Source: Eledone cirrhosa (Eukaryota). Taken from it: 64,000 nucleotides of DNA. Within the stretch, counting starts at the first letter, position 1. Each line of letters begins with the position of its first letter. The translations under genes and the position numbers were made by a program. Where the stretch lies: assembly GCA_964016885.1 (NCBI GenBank), contig OZ024741.1:383780001-383844000 (forward strand). Reading direction: 5' to 3'. This document shows, one piece after another, positions 57,490 to 64,000 of this stretch. The notes under the pieces are model-generated. The model worked only from the letters and a program-made list of their open reading frames with translations, had not been told where the DNA came from and made no database searches.

Positions 57490-58190
57490 TTTTGTGGCTT
57501 TTGGTGTCCTGGTGTTGGCAGCCTGGGTACCTTGTGCTTCTCTGTCTTCTGTTGAGGAGAGAAAGCTCTCATGTGGCCTGTATCGCCACATAGTAACGAG
57601 GCTTTATGCTTACCATCGTAAGCTGCAATTTCACTCCTTCCTGAAGGTAAATGAGGTCTGGGATCTTGTTGGTGTTATCTGGGTGCAGGAGGTTTATCCT
57701 GGATTACTTTCAGGAATTTGTCCAAAGACTTCTTGAACTGTTTCTGTTTTAATGTGTTTTGGTGTAATGTTAAAGAGAACGGTGAAATAATTGTGCCATA
57801 TTGTTGCTATGAGATGCGAGAGAGATTTTTGTCGTGGGCGGATAGAATAGGCCCAACCCTTGGGTGTACCTTAAGGGTGATGCCAACATCATTTGGGCAA
57901 AGCTGATGGAATATTTTCCTCATCATGCAGATAATGTAGTTCTCACGGCGACGTTGGAGAGAATAATGGTTGAGCTTTTCTAATCGACTCCAATAGTCAA
58001 GGTCTGTCATGCCATCAGTCTTTTTTGTAATTCATCTTTGGGGTGCTTCAACTTCCATGATACTTTGTTTTGTGTGGGGAGACCACAGTGGACAACAGTA
58101 TTCAAGGTGGGGTCGGGTAAAAGGGGAGAAGTGAAGGATAACAGTGTGGATATCTCTCGACTGGAAGTTTCTGAGAATCCAGAAATATAC
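57490..58190 (-). pseudogene. CR1/L2-like LINE ORF2 3' fragment
   Basis: RPHLEYCCPLWSPH...EAPQR followed by LDYWSRLEKLNHYSLQRRRE, the typical post-RT region. Confidence 0.85.
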
Positions 58191-58258
58191 TATCGTTATA
58201 AAGAGAGAGAAGGGGGGAGCTAGATAGATGTAGATATTCATACTTATACACACACACA

Positions 58259-58297
<39 letters not shown>

Positions 58298-58769
58298 AGA
58301 GAGAGAGAGAGAGAGGGGGGGAGAGATGGACACATATAAATAAACACATGTTAATAAATACATGCACACACAAATCCATGCATACACATACAGATGCACA
58401 TATACACACATATATATATATATATACATACATGCATACATTCATACATACATTCGTACACACACAATTTCATAGATATCTACATCGATACATACATATA
58501 TACATACATGGACAAACATGCACAAACATGTACATATAGGAGCACATATATACATGATCACACATAGGCTAACGAAAACACATATGCACTTACATATATA
58601 CCCAGGCAACCCCACATCCTCAAGCATACACATATATAGACACATATGCACACACATCGACATATATTTACACACACATAATCAGACACAAACATATCGA
58701 TACATATAAATTTAAACATATGGATGTACTACATACTATCATACATGCCTGCATATTACATACACACAT

Positions 58770-58852
58770 ATTGGTTGCCCCCTCGTTTATCGAGTATGGC
58801 CATTGCACGATATAACATTATTAATAATTATCAATTAATGCTATCATGCAAT
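58770..58852 (-). mobile_element. 3' fragment of the short RTE-related element
   Basis: Matches 59068-59148. Confidence 0.7.
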
Positions 58853-59067
58853 GTATGTATGTATGTATGTATGTATGTATTCATGCATGAATACATACAT
58901 ACATACATACATACATACATACATACATACATACATACATGCTTACATACATACATACATATACACTGACACACTCATACATACATACATACATACATAC
59001 ATACATACATACATACATACATACATACATACATACATACATACATACATACATACATACATACATA

Positions 59068-59366
59068 ATGGCTGCCCCCTCGTTATCGAGTATGCCCATT
59101 GCACGATATACCATTATTAATAATTATTAATTATTTCTATCGTGCAATGCTTGTGCGTGAAGATATTTTTTAAAGTGAGGAAAGACTGTGCATTGAGCCA
59201 ATCCCACTCTCTGAGCGACAGTAGCTATAACCCGAAAAGACGAAAAGATCAACATCATCGGTAACTACTGAGCCGCAGGTTTTATATCGGAGTTATCGCA
59301 GTTTCCTGAATTGTCTTCTCCTAGAAGAATGCCCTGACAAAGGCTACGGGTCCTTCACTCCCAGAC
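59068..59366 (-). mobile_element. ~300-bp short element related to the 610-bp RTE derivative
   Basis: Shares blocks (tcccactctct, tcaacatcat, gcagg..ttatatc, ttctcctagaa..tgacaaaggcta) and a ctcg...cgag terminal stem with 59475-60084. Flanked by (TACA)n. Confidence 0.7.
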
Positions 59367-59474
59367 ATACATACATACATACATACATACATACATAGAT
59401 ACATACATACATACATACATACATACATACATACATTCATGCTTACATACATACACACATGCTTACATACATAC

Positions 59475-60084
59475 ATGGTGGCTGCCAACTCGTTTTCGAG
59501 TACGGCCACTACTTTATATCCATGTAGGCGAACTCCTACCGATGCGCTGAACGAGTGTGACTTTTTCATCCAGCCAGCGACTTGAAAACTCTGGTACAAA
59601 CACTACACTTGTGACAATTACTGACACATAGTGCTGGGCCCATGGTACCATGTGATGACAAGTGCAGAGAGATCTCCAGATATAAAGCAATGCCTGTGCC
59701 GTGAAGCTTTTATAGTGAGCAAAGGCACTGCACAAAGCCAGTCCCACTCTCTTAACCAAGATGTTATTTACCAAAAAGAAGAACAAGTCAACATCATTGG
59801 ATACCATCAGGGTTGCAGGTGTTATATCAGAGTTTTCCTTCTCCTAGAATGCTGCCTTGACAAAGGCTAAGGGGTCATCTTTCCCGGTGATTTTGGATGG
59901 CCATTGACTCTTAAGAGCTCCTTTGCCCTTTGACAGGTTTTGTTTTTAGTCCTGCAGGATGTCCAAAGTCACCCTCCTCACCAAGAAACCTTGGTGGGGT
60001 TGCCAGTTTAGTCGCCAACGACCCGACCATGAGACAGGTTGTACTGGGATACATGTTACCAGTAGCACCAACTGGTGACCTGAC
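59475..60084 (-). mobile_element. ~610-bp non-autonomous RTE-derived element, second copy
   Basis: Close reverse complement of 53722-54330. Flanked by (TACA)n. Confidence 0.8.
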
Positions 60085-60186
60085 ACATACATATATATAC
60101 ATACATACATACATGCTTACATACACACATACATACATTCATACATACATACATACATACATACATACATACATACATACATACAT

Positions 60187-63100
60187 CAGTCAACGCGATC
60201 AGTCGCATATTTCGGCGTGGGAGACTATTTATTAAATTTAAGATGAATACTATCTCCAAACAGTAATGCCACAACTACAGCCAGGTTGAATAACTGGTTA
60301 TTCTTCTAACTATCCCTTCTGAAGACACCTTTTATTCGAATTCGTAGAGATATCCGACTAAATACATAATTCATTTTACAAGGATTTGCTACAAACAGCA
60401 TGGCTGAACACAACATCAACAAGAAAATTAAGGAAGTATCGAAGACAAATAACAAAGAAGGTAATCAAACTTTATTCAGTTGTAGCTACAGAAGAAACCG
60501 AAATTATAAATCGCATTTCTCTTGGAGTTGGAAACTTAATAATGATTTATTTAATTGTTATAAAATGGCAAAAAACAATCCCTCCATTGGCTATATGAAT
60601 AGAATGAAGCTACACTGGGACGAAATGCACCCAGAGCTAAATTATTTCACAGCGAAACAATTACGCCAACAAGCGACGTTTGTTGAACGTAAAAATAAGA
60701 TAAATATTATTAATTGTAAGTCCCCCACAACAAACATGGAATCAACAACACGTGCTACAGATCGCCGTGCTACTAGACTTCCTAGCAGCCATGTCGAACA
60801 GCGCCTTGAAATAACTATGCCTGTACCATCTAAGTCTACCTCGAATGCTGGGGAAAACACTATCGATAATAATAATAATCGACTGTTGTGGAAAATACTA
60901 TCGATAATCAAAAGTATAAACAATTGAAAATTTCCCTCAACGAAATCTTCCAGAGAGAAATTAATTCATGTATAAATATCTCTCTGGCTGAACGTGTTAA
61001 AATGACAATGGTGAATAAAAAAACAAATAATGAAATACTACGTGTTATTGACGAAATAGGGGATGAATATTTACGACGGATAAAAACCCCAACATTTTGG
61101 CAAATCAACGCCTGTTTATATGCCTTAGCAATGACAGTGAAGCATTATTTTGGTGATAGCAGAGATATTAACAAGAACAAAACACCACCAAAAATACCAT
61201 CATATATAACTAAAATAGAAAAAAAAGAGTGCTGACCTACGAAAAAACATAGGACATCTGATAATGCTCCTTACATGCAAACAAACACAAAAAAACCTCA
61301 CTCCTCACCAACAAAGAGTGAAAAATAAAATAGAGACGATGTTTGGTAACAGTAGAACCAGAACTCTCCAATATAAGCTGATCACCCTCAAACAAGAATT
61401 GAGAGCTGTTAGCGAAAAACGCCGATACCTGAAGAAGGTAGATGAGAGAAAAATGCTTAATAAAAGATTCAGACGAAACCAAACATCAGTCTATAGAGAT
61501 ATGAAGGGCAAAATAATAAGTGTCACTGAGGTCCCATCCCAGAAAGATATAGATTCCTTTTGGAGAAAAATATGGGGTGAAAAGAAGAATTTCAACCAAG
61601 ATGCAGTGTGGCTAAGAGAAATCCAAAAGAACTATTGCTCCTACACTACAACAAAAACATACGAAATAAGTGAGGGTACCCTTGAGACTGTGATAGGAAA
61701 ACTCCAAGATAAGAAAGAGACATGATTGTCGGCTACTGGTACAAAAAACTAATATTCTATCGGAGGTATCTTACTGACCTCTACCAACAAGTTCTTAAGG
61801 GAGATACACTTATACCAGAATGGTCGACATTAGCACAAACGTTACTGGTCCCCAGGAACAAAGACACCCACTTGGCAAAAAACTACCGACCCATTGCATG
61901 CCAGAACCTGATGTATAAGATGTATACAGCCTGCCTCAACCTATTCCTCCAAGATCACTGTGAAAATAATAACATCATCACAGATGAACAAACAGCTGGA
62001 AAGAAAAGGGTTTGGGGATGTGCTGAACAACTCCTAATCAACAAAACTGCGATGTCGGAGGTGCGACAACTTAGGAGGAATATGACTACAGTCTGGCTGG
62101 ACTACAAGAAAGCTTTCGATTCTGTTCCCCACTCTTGGATGATAAAGGCCCTCCAACTTGCTAAAGTCCCAGACATTATTGTCAGAGCCATAGAGAGGCT
62201 GTCTTCTTCTTGGGCTACTATCCTAAGGTTAAAGACAGAGAGGGAGGACTCTATTTTCACTGATAAAATAAAATACTGCAGGGGTATATTTCAGGGGGTC
62301 AGTCTCTCTGTAATATTGTTCATCTTGTCATTAAACCCCTTGTCCTTTCTGCTCAAGAAATGTGAGGGATACATCATTGGCTCACAGGAGGACAGAAATA
62401 CGAACCTAACCTATAACTTCTTTGTGGACGATCTGAAACTCTATGCCAAGAACATGGATGGGATGAAGAAAAATCTTGACCTGGTTACAATGTTCTCAAA
62501 GGATATAGGAATGGAGTTTCGCCAAGATAAATGCTCATACATGACTATAAAGCGGGGAAAAACAACGACCCAATCTAGCAACATTGTCATCAATGGTCTA
62601 ACTGTTTCACCGATATCTGATGAGGACTGCTACAGATACCTGGGGATAGATGAGAACATATCCTATAATGGTATCTGTAATAAAGAACGCGTAACCAGGG
62701 AATACTACACCCGATTAAGAAAAATCTGGTCATCGGAACTCTCTGCGCAAAACAAACAGTGGCTCACAATGTGTTTGCTGTGCCTGTCCTAACACCAACG
62801 TTTGGAATACTCAATTGGACGATAGACGAAATCCGAGCAGTTGATGTTGGAACTCGAAAAATACTGAACAACACCGGAAACTTCCACATCAACAGTGACA
62901 TAGACCGCCTTTACTTGAAACGTAAGCAGGGAGGCAGAGGCCTAACATCAGTCCAGACAACATTTGAATGTCGCATCATATCTCTCCGACAACATCTACG
63001 AACCTCGAAGCGTAGGAGCCCGCTTCTCGAGCAAGTCTATCTGCATGAAACAGATAAGATCATGAGAGTTGGGAAGGAACTCCTTGAGAGATATTCCCTG

Positions 63101-64000
63101 TGTGATAATCAAAAACTCACACCCAGGGATGTCGCTCAGCAGTATCGCAGTGAATCCATGGATGAAAAACAGCATGCCTATCAGCAAAAAATCATGCATG
63201 GATATGTTGCCAGGAAGCTCCAAAGTGAGAGTAATATAGATAAGGAAAGTAGTCTATCTTGGACCAACAACCGCTATATTGGCTGCCACTTTGAAGGATA
63301 CGCTTTTACAATCCAAGAACAGGAAATTAACACGAAATACCTGATTCACAAAAGAGATAGTGATACAGGCAAAACACCTAGATGTGATAACAAGTGCAGA
63401 CTCTGCAGAACTAACATCGAGGATATCACCCATGTCATCAGCAGCTGCCCAAAGATGTCATCGCGGTACTATCTACCTATGAGGCATGATGTAGTGGCCA
63501 AAACACTGTACAATGCAGTTCGTAAAAAAGATAGCCCCGATAATACACACATTAAAAGCTATAACAATGTGGAAGACATCCATGTACATAATATGAAAGA
63601 GTACTGGTGGAATGTTCCTGTAAAACCCCAATAAAATGCAGGCATAACAGACCAGATATTATGATATGGGACAGGGAGAAGAAAACATGCACAGTAGTGG
63701 AAATTTGCTTCCCAGCAGATGCCAATATAATATCAAAGTTAGTGAAAAGGAGAATATTTATGCTGAACTGATGAGAAATCTGCAGATACTCCACCCTGAT
63801 TACACCTTCAGATTTATGCCTGTTATTATTGGGGCACTGGGATATGTTAGTAACTGCCTCAATACATATCTCGAGAAGCTGGGCTTCACAGGAACAGAAA
63901 GAACACAACTAGTTAGGAAATTACAAGTACAATCCATTAATGGAACAGTAAAAATATGTAAAACATTCCAAAAATTTTGCATCTACTAACTGCATATACA
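60187..64000 (+). mobile_element. Near full-length R4/Dong-like non-LTR retrotransposon
   Basis: Starts right after (TACA)n. About 210 bp of leader precede a single broken ORF with RT and RLE domains. Confidence 0.85.
60400..63989 (+). pseudogene. Frameshifted RT + CCHC finger + restriction-like endonuclease polyprotein
   Basis: NYRPIACQNLMYK, WLDYKKAFDSVPH, GIFQG.SLS, FVDDLKLY, YRYLGI, RKQGGRGL, CRLC...HVISSC, RHD, HNRPDI...VVEI, EKENIY..L and PVIIGALG, spread across about 7 reading-frame segments. Confidence 0.93.

Noticed and set aside
57338-57500. Hydrophobic signal-peptide or membrane ORF
   Set aside because: It is a GTT/GCT/GGT trinucleotide low-complexity tract next to a LINE 3' end.
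60187-60300. HDV-like ribozyme in the R4-like 5' UTR (and at the 5' end of the 610-bp RTE derivative)
   Set aside because: Such ribozymes are expected from related clades and hairpins exist (ggaga/tctcc), but I could not build a consistent P1/P1.1/P2/P3 double pseudoknot by eye. A descriptor search would be needed.

Overview
AT-rich, repeat-saturated animal DNA with no recognisable host gene. The SINE and microsatellite content suggests a cephalopod (Octopus-like) genome, which is my inference from memory and not a database result. Positions 251-26602 are a satellite array of 50 complete ~527-bp monomers bounded by (TA)n. The rest is a mosaic of (TA)n/(CA)n/(GA)n/(TACA)n microsatellites and decayed mobile elements: Penelope-like elements (PLEs, GIY-YIG remnants), tRNA-derived SINEs, a non-autonomous Helitron, CRE/RTE/CR1-like LINE fragments, RTE-derived short elements, and a near full-length frameshifted R4/Dong-like RLE retrotransposon at the right end. 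The main signal is a cluster of hammerhead ribozyme (HHR) motifs at 26.7-42 kb. Two non-coding tandem repeats (~490-bp and ~320-bp monomers) carry one well-formed type I HHR per complete monomer, adjoin TA tracts and end in an inverted segment. This is the architecture of PLE-mobilised retrozymes. Several HHRs use the uncommon U3:A8 core (UUGAnAA). Almost all short ORFs in the ORF track are microsatellite or satellite artefacts. All folds and alignments were done by eye.
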